A stretch of DNA of 14,043 bases from Candidatus Helarchaeota archaeon (GTDB taxonomy: Archaea; Asgardarchaeota; Lokiarchaeia; Helarchaeales; RDOG01), in contig JALGVI010000074.1 in assembly GCA_029838215.1 (NCBI GenBank), positions 1-14,043 of the forward strand, given 5' to 3'. Below the pieces are notes generated by a model. That model worked only from the letters and a program-made list of their open reading frames with translations. It was not told the origin of the DNA and searched no databases. The translations under genes and the position numbers were made by a program. Of the stretch, positions 6,497 to 13,756 are shown one piece after another (the stretch's first letter is position 1; each line of letters starts with the position of its first letter).

Positions 6497-7651
6497 TCAT
6501 TCGATAATTTTTTCTAATACATTTACAACTTGGTCAATTTGTTTTCGTGAGATGACTAAAGGAGGCAACATTCGAATGGTATTTAACCCGGAAGTTAAAA
6601 GCAAGACACCTTCCGATATAGCACGTTTCAAAATGGGAACGACTTTAAATTTCATTTCAATTGCAATGAAAAGTCCTTTTCCTCGGATTTCTCGAATGGT
6701 TTTTTTTCCTTTTAAATGACTTCTTAGTTGTTCAAGTAAGTATGCGCCATTTTCAGCAGACTTTTCGACCAATTTTTCATTTTGAATGACATCAATAGAT
6801 GCGAGCGCCGCTGCACAGGAGAGTGGATTTCCTCCAAAAGTCGAGAAATGTTCTCCAGTCTTTAACGAATCAAAGATTTCATTTTTTGCAATCATGGCAC
6901 CCATTGGTATACCTCCAGCAATGGCTTTTGACAAGGTCATGATATCAGGAATGACGTCCCAATGCCCGTGCCCTGCAAAAAGTTTCCCTGTCCGACCCCA
7001 ACCTGTTTGCACTTCATCAAATATCAATAGAACATCGTGAGCATTACAAATTTCCCGCAATTCCTTGAGGTATGTGTTTGAAGGGATAATGACACCGGCT
7101 TCACCTTGAATTGGTTCGACAATAACTGCAGCCGTTTGCTTCGTGATTGCATTCGTTACGGCTTCAACATTTCCAAAGGGAACGTGAGAAATGCCGGGTA
7201 TTAGTGGTTGAAAGGGCTTCCGGTATTTTGGATTCCAAGTTACGGAAAGAGCTCCCATTGTTCGTCCGTGGAATCCATTTTTCATGGCTATAATTTCGAT
7301 CTTGCCCGTATGTCGTCGGGCTAATTTTAATGCGGCTTCGACGGCTTCTGCACCGGAATTTCCAAGAAATGATTTTGTGAGTCCAGGAGGAGTTACTTCA
7401 GCCAAGCGTTTATATAATTGTCCACGCACTTCATTGTAAAGAATCGTGGGACATACGATGAGTTTTTCGGCTTGATTTTTGATTGCCTGAACGATTTTTG
7501 GATGGGAATGCCCCGTGATGGCGACACCATTACCACCAATGCAGTCAATATACTCCTTGCCTTCTGCATCGTACACGAGAGCTCCTTTTCCAGAAACGAT
7601 TTGGATTGGCCTGCGACCGACCCAGCCGCTGTATTGATTTTCTAATTCCAT
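6497..7651 (-). CDS. lysJ: [LysW]-aminoadipate/glutamate semialdehyde transaminase (LysJ/ArgD, PLP class III)
   Basis: GKEYIDCIGGNGV, NSGAEAVEAALKLAR, FHGRT, EPIQGEAG, DEVQTGWGRTG, LSKAIAGG (PLP Lys) and STFGGNPL. Directly downstream of lysY. ATG 7651 is preferred because GGTGT lies just upstream; TTG 7669 is an alternative start. Confidence 0.85.
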   Translation of the reverse strand: MELENQYSGWVGRRPIQIVSGKGALVYDAEGKEYIDCIGGNGVAITGHSHPKIVQAIKNQAEKLIVCPTILYNEVRGQLYKRLAEVTPPGLTKSFLGNSGAEAVEAALKLARRHTGKIEIIAMKNGFHGRTMGALSVTWNPKYRKPFQPLIPGISHVPFGNVEAVTNAITKQTAAVIVEPIQGEAGVIIPSNTYLKELREICNAHDVLLIFDEVQTGWGRTGKLFAGHGHWDVIPDIMTLSKAIAGGIPMGAMIAKNEIFDSLKTGEHFSTFGGNPLSCAAALASIDVIQNEKLVEKSAENGAYLLEQLRSHLKGKKTIREIRGKGLFIAIEMKFKVVPILKRAISEGVLLLTSGLNTIRMLPPLVISRKQIDQVVNVLEKIIE

Positions 7652-7696
7652 TATAAACACCGATTTCAAATGAGAGATAGAAATTGGACGGATTTT

Positions 7697-8752
7697 TTAT
7701 ATGGGATGCAAGGCAGGATACCAAAGTCCTTTAGTTTCGTCTAAGCCAGTCATCAAGTTAAAGCATTGAATTGCAGATCCTGCAGCGCCTTTTACTAGGT
7801 TATCCAATGCACCGAAGGTCACGATCCGGTTCATTTCGGGGTCGATATCGAATCCAACATCGCAGAAATTGGAACCAATGAGCATTTTTGGGTCAGGTCT
7901 CCTATAGAGTCCCGATTTCTGCTTAATTATTCGAACAAACGGATGATCTTTATAGAATTTCCGATATAATCGCCACAAGTCCTTTTCGGTAAGGTCTTTA
8001 ATGGGAAAAACGTGTGAGGTCGAGAGAATTCCCCTGACAATATTAACGCCGTGAGCAGAAAAACCCACTTTAATAGGTTTATTTGAAATCAAGTTTAATT
8101 CTTGAACGATTTCTGCCAAGTGCCGATGACCAACAGGGCGATATGGACGGATCACGTTAGTTCTTTCGGGATGATGAGTGGCAATGTTGAAGGATTTACC
8201 ACCACCTGACGAGCCAATTTTGGCATCACTGATCACGTGAGATGGATCTACGAGGTCTGGTTCAGAAAATAGTGGTGCCAATGCCAGAATCGTGGCGCAT
8301 GCCATACAGCCAGGCGCGGCAACAAGCCGTGCCTTTTTAATTTCTTCCCTGTGAAGTTCGGGCAAGCCATAAACGGCTTCTTTCGTAATTTCCGGACAAG
8401 AATGAGTCCCATAATGTTTCTCGAACTCGTTCATATCTTTCAAGCGAAAATCAGCACTTAAATCGACAATTTTTAGACCAATTTCGAGCAGATCCGGGAC
8501 AATGGCTTGAGATGCCTTGTGCGGCACGGCCAAAAAAATGAAATCACACGAACCGATCTTATCCATGTTAAAACTCGTGAATTTAACGTCCAATAATTTC
8601 TTGAGGTTTGGATGTATTTGACCAACGGGTTGGTCGACATAAGTCCTAGACGTGATCATGTGAATTTCAATATCCGGGTGGATGTATAGGAGCCGGAGGA
8701 GTTCACCTCCAGTATATCCTGATGCACCAATAACAGCGATCTTCATTGACAT
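7697..8752 (-). CDS. lysY: [LysW]-aminoadipyl/glutamyl-phosphate reductase (LysY, ArgC family)
   Basis: GASGYTGGELLRLL, DLSADFRL, YGLPEL, catalytic PGC and DNLVKGAAG. LysY-type features are HPER, GHRHxAE, VRGIL, F(V/I)RIIKQKxGxYRxPDP and a C-terminal LHP. The start may be ATG 8746. Confidence 0.88.
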   Translation of the reverse strand: MSMKIAVIGASGYTGGELLRLLYIHPDIEIHMITSRTYVDQPVGQIHPNLKKLLDVKFTSFNMDKIGSCDFIFLAVPHKASQAIVPDLLEIGLKIVDLSADFRLKDMNEFEKHYGTHSCPEITKEAVYGLPELHREEIKKARLVAAPGCMACATILALAPLFSEPDLVDPSHVISDAKIGSSGGGKSFNIATHHPERTNVIRPYRPVGHRHLAEIVQELNLISNKPIKVGFSAHGVNIVRGILSTSHVFPIKDLTEKDLWRLYRKFYKDHPFVRIIKQKSGLYRRPDPKMLIGSNFCDVGFDIDPEMNRIVTFGALDNLVKGAAGSAIQCFNLMTGLDETKGLWYPALHPI

Positions 8753-8788
8753 TACCTGAAGAAAAATGAAATTTAGGTAAAATGATTT

Positions 8789-9070
8789 TTACCATGGAAA
8801 AGTGTTGCGAGCAGCGACCATGGTTGTCGTTTCTTCAAGAATTTCCTTGAACATTGCATCATTTCGCAAGTTGGTCACTACCTCATCGAGTTGATTTAAT
8901 TCATCGAAATTGATTTCGACAACGACGTCCCATGCACCAAATACCGGACAAGCGTAGGGAACGCGTTCGCGTGGAAATACTTTTTTCAATCTTTCCACGA
9001 CTTCCCATTCATCACCGACACTTGATAATCGCAGTAAAATATAGGCACGAAACTTTTTATCTCCAGCCAT
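8789..9070 (-). CDS. Lrp/AsnC ligand-binding (RAM) domain-only protein (demi-FFRP), no HTH
   Basis: 93 aa. RAYILL..., VVERLKK, VFGAWDVVVEI, LNQLDEVV and TTTMV fit the AsnC ligand-binding pattern (AxxVxGxYDxxxxV...xxTxTxx). An in-frame TGA two codons upstream excludes an N-terminal HTH. Confidence 0.85.
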   Translation of the reverse strand: MAGDKKFRAYILLRLSSVGDEWEVVERLKKVFPRERVPYACPVFGAWDVVVEINFDELNQLDEVVTNLRNDAMFKEILEETTTMVAARNTFPW

Positions 9071-9166
9071 GGTTCATACACCAATTTTTTTGAATACTTT
9101 CATGTTTCCTATTTTGCATTTTAAAGTTATGTTTTGGATGGGTCAAATCCGTGTCTCTTTGTTCAT

Positions 9167-10579
9167 TTAATTAGGTATCATCTTCAACACGGCATCAAAG
9201 GATTGGATGAAATCCTCGATGTCTTCAGGAGAATGTGCAAGTGTGGTAAATGCTGTAGCACCTCGCTTCGTAATTTTATGTTGGGACAGCATTGCAGTGG
9301 CAATTCTACCTACAGCTTGATTTCGTTGCAATGCCTGTTGAATGTTTCCAGGAATCCGTATGTCCATGTTGATTGCAGCATAAGTCTTGTATTGAACCAC
9401 GGATTTAAAGTTGTATGCAAAATATGGAACATCGTGTCTCTCGAAAAGATCGTTGAGCTTAGCCGTGAGGACGTTTCCTGTCTTGGCAGCCTTTTCAATG
9501 GCATTTTCTTTTTCGAGATATTTCATAGTCCAATATGTTGCTGCCGCAGTAAGTGGGTTTCCAAGGAGAGTCCCAGTTGCAATCACTCTTTCTTTTTGTG
9601 CCTCGATTCCACTTGCAATGTAAGTCATGATTTCTTCACGTCCACCCAGACCTCCAGCTGAGGGGTGTCCGTGAGTTAGAAGCTTGCCGAATGTCGTTAG
9701 ATCGGGTTTGATGCCAAAATATTTTTGAGCTCCACCCATATCCATTCGGAATCCAGTCACGACCTCATCAAAAATGAGTAAAACACCATATTTCTCACAG
9801 AGTTCTTGAACGCCTTTATTGAAGTCAGGAGCCACGGGAATATTTCCAGATTCGGGACCTAGCGGCTCAAGAATGACGGCGGCGATGCCTTTTTTCTTTT
9901 CGAATTGCTTGAATGTTTCTTCTAATTTTTTTAAGTCATTAGGAGGGACCGCAATGGTATCCTTAAAACAAGAGCTTGGGATTCCGTGTGACTCCATATC
10001 TCCAGAAAACGGGACGTGCATGTCATAGGTCAGTTGATCGGACCAACCGTGATATGCGCCTCCAATTTTGATGATCTTCTTCTTTTTTGTATAAACACGG
10101 GCGATTCGAATGGCTGCCATATCAGCTTCGGTTCCAGACTGATAGAATTTGAAAAGCTCGATAGAAGGAACGTGTTTTTTGATTTGTTTGATGGCTTTCA
10201 ATTCCCATTCGTTCGTATAATAAAGAGCGGGATCCACGTCCTGCAGGACTTCAATGATTTTTTCACGTAGAGGTGCATAATTATGACCGAGAATGACAGC
10301 ACCTGCACCACTGAGCCAATCAGTGTATTCATTTGAATCAACGTCCCACATTTTTGATCCTTGTGCACGAGTCATTGTCAGTGGAAAGGGGTCATTGATA
10401 ACCATTTGATGCTCGTATCCGCCAGGGATACAGGTCTTCATCTCGTCATAGAGGTCCTTGGACTTTGGGCATTTTTTTTCGATTTCCTTACGAATTTTTA
10501 CCATTGTTTCGTCAGGAATCATCCGAATTGGATTCTCAGTAATTTGTTTAATCCGTTTTTGAATTTCTTCGAATTCCAT
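9167..10579 (-). CDS. PLP class III aminotransferase, HemL/GSA-aminomutase-like subfamily but probably not true HemL
   Basis: 470 aa. AQGSKMWDVDSNEYTD, SGTEADMAAIRIAR, GAYHGWSD, ILEP, LIFDEVVTGFR, DLTTFGK and GTLLGNPL. Has PGGYEHQ in place of the HemL PGGVNSPVR motif and a ~35-aa N-terminal extension. SD GAGGT at 10591-10587. Confidence 0.85.
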   Translation of the reverse strand: MEFEEIQKRIKQITENPIRMIPDETMVKIRKEIEKKCPKSKDLYDEMKTCIPGGYEHQMVINDPFPLTMTRAQGSKMWDVDSNEYTDWLSGAGAVILGHNYAPLREKIIEVLQDVDPALYYTNEWELKAIKQIKKHVPSIELFKFYQSGTEADMAAIRIARVYTKKKKIIKIGGAYHGWSDQLTYDMHVPFSGDMESHGIPSSCFKDTIAVPPNDLKKLEETFKQFEKKKGIAAVILEPLGPESGNIPVAPDFNKGVQELCEKYGVLLIFDEVVTGFRMDMGGAQKYFGIKPDLTTFGKLLTHGHPSAGGLGGREEIMTYIASGIEAQKERVIATGTLLGNPLTAAATYWTMKYLEKENAIEKAAKTGNVLTAKLNDLFERHDVPYFAYNFKSVVQYKTYAAINMDIRIPGNIQQALQRNQAVGRIATAMLSQHKITKRGATAFTTLAHSPEDIEDFIQSFDAVLKMIPN

Positions 10580-10631
10580 CCATAAAACCTCAAAAATATA
10601 TTAGATAACTTCATTTTTATTAGTAAAGCAA

Positions 10632-10823
10632 TTAATCGGCCCATAATTTCAATTCTCGCTGGCATCGGGGGCAAGTTCCATGCCTCTTGATCCACGCATT
10701 AAGTTCTGTTCTATGGAAGGCCGTGTGACAATATGCGCATCGTCCTAGATCTTCTTCTTGAATAGGTCTGCGGCAGATATGACATGTTTCATTTGGTTCT
10801 GTCAAGAGCCTCGCCTCACTCAC
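10632..10823 (-). CDS. Stand-alone RING-type zinc finger protein (63 aa)
   Basis: C14-x2-C17-x11-C29-x2-C32-x4-H37-x2-E40-x3-W44-x6-C51-P-x-C54. The GTG start overlaps the upstream ACT gene end by 8 bp. Confidence 0.8.
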   Translation of the reverse strand: MSEARLLTEPNETCHICRRPIQEEDLGRCAYCHTAFHRTELNAWIKRHGTCPRCQRELKLWAD

Positions 10824-11514
10824 TTGAAAGAAGAGAGCGAAAGAGCAGGATTTGATCTTCTAGAATCTGGTATGCTTGACGACCGAGTTTTCTGTCAATG
10901 ACAAATATTGTATCGGTGTGGCAAGAAAGAAATTCTGTAATGTTGATGTTGCTCTGGGCGAACAGGTTCGTTACATAAGCAACGATTCCAGGAGCGTCAG
11001 CGATCGTATCGGGGCATTTAAGGATTAGTGCTGATTGCTCACGTTTCACTTTGAGAATATTTCGCTTGTTTAGAAGTTTTATCAAGCGCTGTTCGTGATC
11101 AGCATCGGCAATTATTGAGAAAAACGTCGTGCCCTGGATGAGTTGGAAAAAGTCGGTATCATTCATTAGTTTCGTGAGTTCGATATTCGGATCGAGTAGG
11201 GCAATTTGTCGAATTGTAAGAACCATTAAGTCATTTTTCAATTCGAGCTTGCTTTGTCCGAGGATTCCTGCGAGTTGTTTTTCGAGTATGATCCATTTTT
11301 CCGTGAGTTCTTTAGAGTGTCGCATCAATGCCATTTTTATTGCTTCTACATTGATTTTTTTATTCCGTTGCACGAGTGTTTGAACCTCTCTTTTCAATCG
11401 TTCAGCAAGAGCAGAAAAATTGATTACTTCTTGCTTCATTGCATCGATAAGAGATGGTCGTGTTTGAATTACACGTCGAGTTGCTTCGGCAATCGTTAGC
11501 TCTTCATCCGCCAT
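10816..11514 (-). CDS. Archaeal amino-acid-sensing regulator-like protein: N-terminal helical/HTH-like domain plus tandem ACT domains (aspartate-kinase/CASTOR-type ACT)
   Basis: 232 aa. N-terminus TIAEATRRVIQTRPSL...INFSALAE...VEAIKMALMRH. C-terminal PGIVAYVTNLFAQSNINITEFLSCHTDTIFVI matches the ACT_7 pattern. SD AGGAG at 11530-11526. Confidence 0.8.
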   Translation of the reverse strand: MADEELTIAEATRRVIQTRPSLIDAMKQEVINFSALAERLKREVQTLVQRNKKINVEAIKMALMRHSKELTEKWIILEKQLAGILGQSKLELKNDLMVLTIRQIALLDPNIELTKLMNDTDFFQLIQGTTFFSIIADADHEQRLIKLLNKRNILKVKREQSALILKCPDTIADAPGIVAYVTNLFAQSNINITEFLSCHTDTIFVIDRKLGRQAYQILEDQILLFRSLLSSE

Positions 11515-11531
11515 TAAAATTCTTGCTCCTT

Positions 11532-11939
11532 CTAATATTGCTCTTTTGAAGTTGATAAAATTGCTTCCAATTTTTTCAGGTCACCAAAAATATCTTCCTT
11601 GTCGGAGATGTTTTTCTCGCGTTTATCTTTCATGCCCTTTTTCGCAAGTCCTTTAAGACTGACGACGCAATTGGAAGTACCGATTTTTCCTTTTGTTGCT
11701 ATTCGTTCGTTCTTTTTCAAGTATTGGAGCACCTCGTTTAACTCGCGAACTCCAACTCCTAGAACCGATGCTAAGAATTCTTGTTTTTGTGGTCCCTGTT
11801 CGCTGATTAGAGTAAGAATGGCTTCGGGCATCTCAGCAGTTTCGATAAACGCTCTTAAATGTTCAGCCGCTCTTTCCAAATTTTGCAAGACTAATTTAAG
11901 TTTCTCAATATTTGCATCAAACACTAGTAAACAACTCAA
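11532..11939 (-). CDS. Winged-helix (wHTH) protein with N-terminal coiled coil; putative transcription regulator
   Basis: 135 aa. PEAILTLISEQGPQKQEFLASVLGVGVRELNEVLQYLKKNERIATKG is a typical wHTH. Start is TTG 11939 or GTG 11924. The stop lies 17 bp before the ACT gene. Confidence 0.7.
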   Translation of the reverse strand: MSCLLVFDANIEKLKLVLQNLERAAEHLRAFIETAEMPEAILTLISEQGPQKQEFLASVLGVGVRELNEVLQYLKKNERIATKGKIGTSNCVVSLKGLAKKGMKDKREKNISDKEDIFGDLKKLEAILSTSKEQY

Positions 11940-11949
11940 TTATCAATTC

Positions 11950-11997
11950 ATTGGCTTCGTTCAAGAAGAAAAAATAGCTTGAATAAGACGTGCCAAT
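11950..11997. repeat. Nested inverted repeat in the divergent wHTH/pheS intergenic region
   Basis: ATTGGC (11950-11955) pairs with GCCAAT (11992-11997), enclosing TTCAAG (11960-11965)-N12-CTTGAA (11978-11983). Confidence 0.55.
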
Positions 11998-12152
11998 AAT
12001 TAATTTGTCCTGAATAAACTAAAAATATTTTCTTATCTTGTTAAAGAAAAGGATTTTTGTGAATTTTCCGAACATGGAAAGTAACGATTCCTTGAATCAT
12101 GGTTAAATATTTAGGTAAGATCTCTAGTGTAAAAACAAATCGAGTAAAGGAA

Positions 12153-13727
12153 ATGATGACGATTTCACGAAGCATTGCAGTATCGAAGAATGAATTATCA
12201 ATACTTAAAGCACTCCAGAAGTTAGGAGGAAAAGCCACACCTGAAGATATTGCCAGACAAGCGAAATTGGAAAGAAATCAGGTTATTTCAAGTAGATCGT
12301 GGCTGGTAACGAAGAATCTCATTTCAGTAGAGGAAGAGAGGAAAACTGAGTATACATTGACAAAGGATGGCATGGTATTCGCCGATAAATCATTACCAGA
12401 ACGACAGCTCATCGAATCTCTGAGCAAGGTCAAAGTGGAATCGTTAAAAAACCTGAAAAGCAAGGTCAAACCGGAGCAATTCTTCAATATTGGGATAAAA
12501 TGGGCAAAGACGAATAAATGGATTGAATTCACGAAACTCAAAGATGAAAAGGCAATAAAGTTAAATGCAAAAGGACTGAGTGCTTTAAAAACTCCTTCTC
12601 TTAGCGATCAAATATTGAAATCCATAGCAAAGGCTCCGAACTCGATGATGACACTTGAGGATTTAAAGCAGGCTCACGCTAACTTGTCCGATGAATTATT
12701 AGCTCAACTCCTCAAGCGGAAATTGATTGAATCTAAGGAACGAATAAAGATTACTTTTGTTTTAAATTCAAAAATAAAATTAGAAGACTTGATCACGGAT
12801 CAAATTACAAGACTTAGCAGGGACGACATAAGTTCAGGGGCGTGGAAGACTCGCGCGATCAAGCCCTATGACGTGGCGATCAGGGCACCCATTTTATATC
12901 CTGGACGAAAGCATCCATATTTAGAAATTCTTGATGAGGTTCGTGAGATCTTAATTGGAATGGGATTTCAAGAGGAAAAGGGACCTCTGGTAGAGTGTGA
13001 ATTTTGGGATTTCGATGCCTTATTTCAAGCCCAAGATCATCCTGCCCGAGAGATTCATGACACTTACAAGTTAAAATTTCCGCAAGATGCGAATCTCAAG
13101 ATTGATCAGTATAAAAAGAACGTGATGAAAACACACCTTAATGGATGGAAGACGGGTTCACAAGGATGGGGCGTGTTTGATGAGACGTTTGCAACTTCCC
13201 GCCGTCTTATTCTTCGTAGTCAGACAACTGCTGTTTCAGTTAGAACGATCAACAAGTACCGAGACCCTCCAATTCGGATGTTTTGCATAGACAAAGTATT
13301 TCGCCCAGACGTCCTTGATGCCAAGCATGCCTTAGAGTTTCACCAAGTTGAAGGAATAGTCCTCGACGAGGGACTGACTCTTAGAAACCTTTTTGGCGTG
13401 CTTTCACAATTCGCACGTGAACTGGGATTTAAAGAGGTTAAATTCAAGCCAGGATACTTTCCATTCACGGAACCCAGCGTGGAAGCCTTTGTCAAGCACG
13501 AAAAATTGGGGTGGATTGAAATTTTAGGGTCGGGATTATTTCGACCTGAGGTTCTCATTCCCTTCGGAATTGACTATCCTCGCGTGCAATGTCTTGCTTG
13601 GGGGATTGGAATTGGTCGTTTGGCAATGATACGATTGGGATTAGATGATATTCGTGAACTTCACTCACAAAATCTCGAATATCTCCGCACTGCAGGAATG
13701 GTACGCAAGACACGAGCCAAATCCTAA
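12153..13727 (+). CDS. pheS: Phenylalanyl-tRNA synthetase alpha subunit, archaeal/eukaryotic type with N-terminal winged-helix extension
   Basis: GRKHP, WDFDALFQAQDHPAREIHDTY, LRSQTT, FRPDVLDAKHALEFHQVEG, YFPFTEPSVE, GWIEILGSGLFRPEVL and AWGIGIGRLAM. ATG 12153/12156 after AAGGA is preferred over ATG 12099, which abuts a TATA-like TTAAATA. Confidence 0.96.
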   Translation: MMTISRSIAVSKNELSILKALQKLGGKATPEDIARQAKLERNQVISSRSWLVTKNLISVEEERKTEYTLTKDGMVFADKSLPERQLIESLSKVKVESLKNLKSKVKPEQFFNIGIKWAKTNKWIEFTKLKDEKAIKLNAKGLSALKTPSLSDQILKSIAKAPNSMMTLEDLKQAHANLSDELLAQLLKRKLIESKERIKITFVLNSKIKLEDLITDQITRLSRDDISSGAWKTRAIKPYDVAIRAPILYPGRKHPYLEILDEVREILIGMGFQEEKGPLVECEFWDFDALFQAQDHPAREIHDTYKLKFPQDANLKIDQYKKNVMKTHLNGWKTGSQGWGVFDETFATSRRLILRSQTTAVSVRTINKYRDPPIRMFCIDKVFRPDVLDAKHALEFHQVEGIVLDEGLTLRNLFGVLSQFARELGFKEVKFKPGYFPFTEPSVEAFVKHEKLGWIEILGSGLFRPEVLIPFGIDYPRVQCLAWGIGIGRLAMIRLGLDDIRELHSQNLEYLRTAGMVRKTRAKS

Positions 13728-13756
13728 ATTAAAAAAAGGAAAATTAAAGAAAAAAC
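13728..13756 (-). terminator. T-rich terminator region between convergent pheS and the last gene
   Basis: Plus strand ATTAAAAAAAGGAAAATTAAAGAAAAAAC gives several T-tracts on the minus strand just after the stop at 13757. Confidence 0.4.

Noticed and set aside
7697-8752. Classical N-acetyl-pathway argC
   Set aside because: HPER, GHRHxAE, the KQKxGxYRxPDP segment and the LHP terminus fit the LysW-dependent LysY type better.
9167-10579. Gene symbol hemL
   Set aside because: The PGGVNSPVR signature is absent and there is no tetrapyrrole gene context.
10632-10823. Small Cys-rich protein near lysY/lysJ as the LysW carrier (ends W-A-D versus LysW W-G-E)
   Set aside because: LysW is a strongly acidic zinc ribbon with two CxxC pairs and a terminal EDWGE whose Glu is required. 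This protein has three CxxC pairs plus H/W at RING spacing, is not acidic overall and ends in Asp.
12099-12152. Longer pheS start given by the ORF track
   Set aside because: The extra 18 codons contain a TATA-like TTAAATA, and an SD-like AAGGA precedes ATG 12153/12156.
853-13558. Short ORF-track entries overlapping longer genes, mostly antisense (e.g. 853-1080, 1997-2179, 2338-2580, 3219-3422, 4445-4645, 6474-6719, 9134-9661, 11599-11982, 12278-12541, 13340-13558)
   Set aside because: They lie wholly or largely within well-supported genes and show no domain motifs, so they are shadow ORFs.
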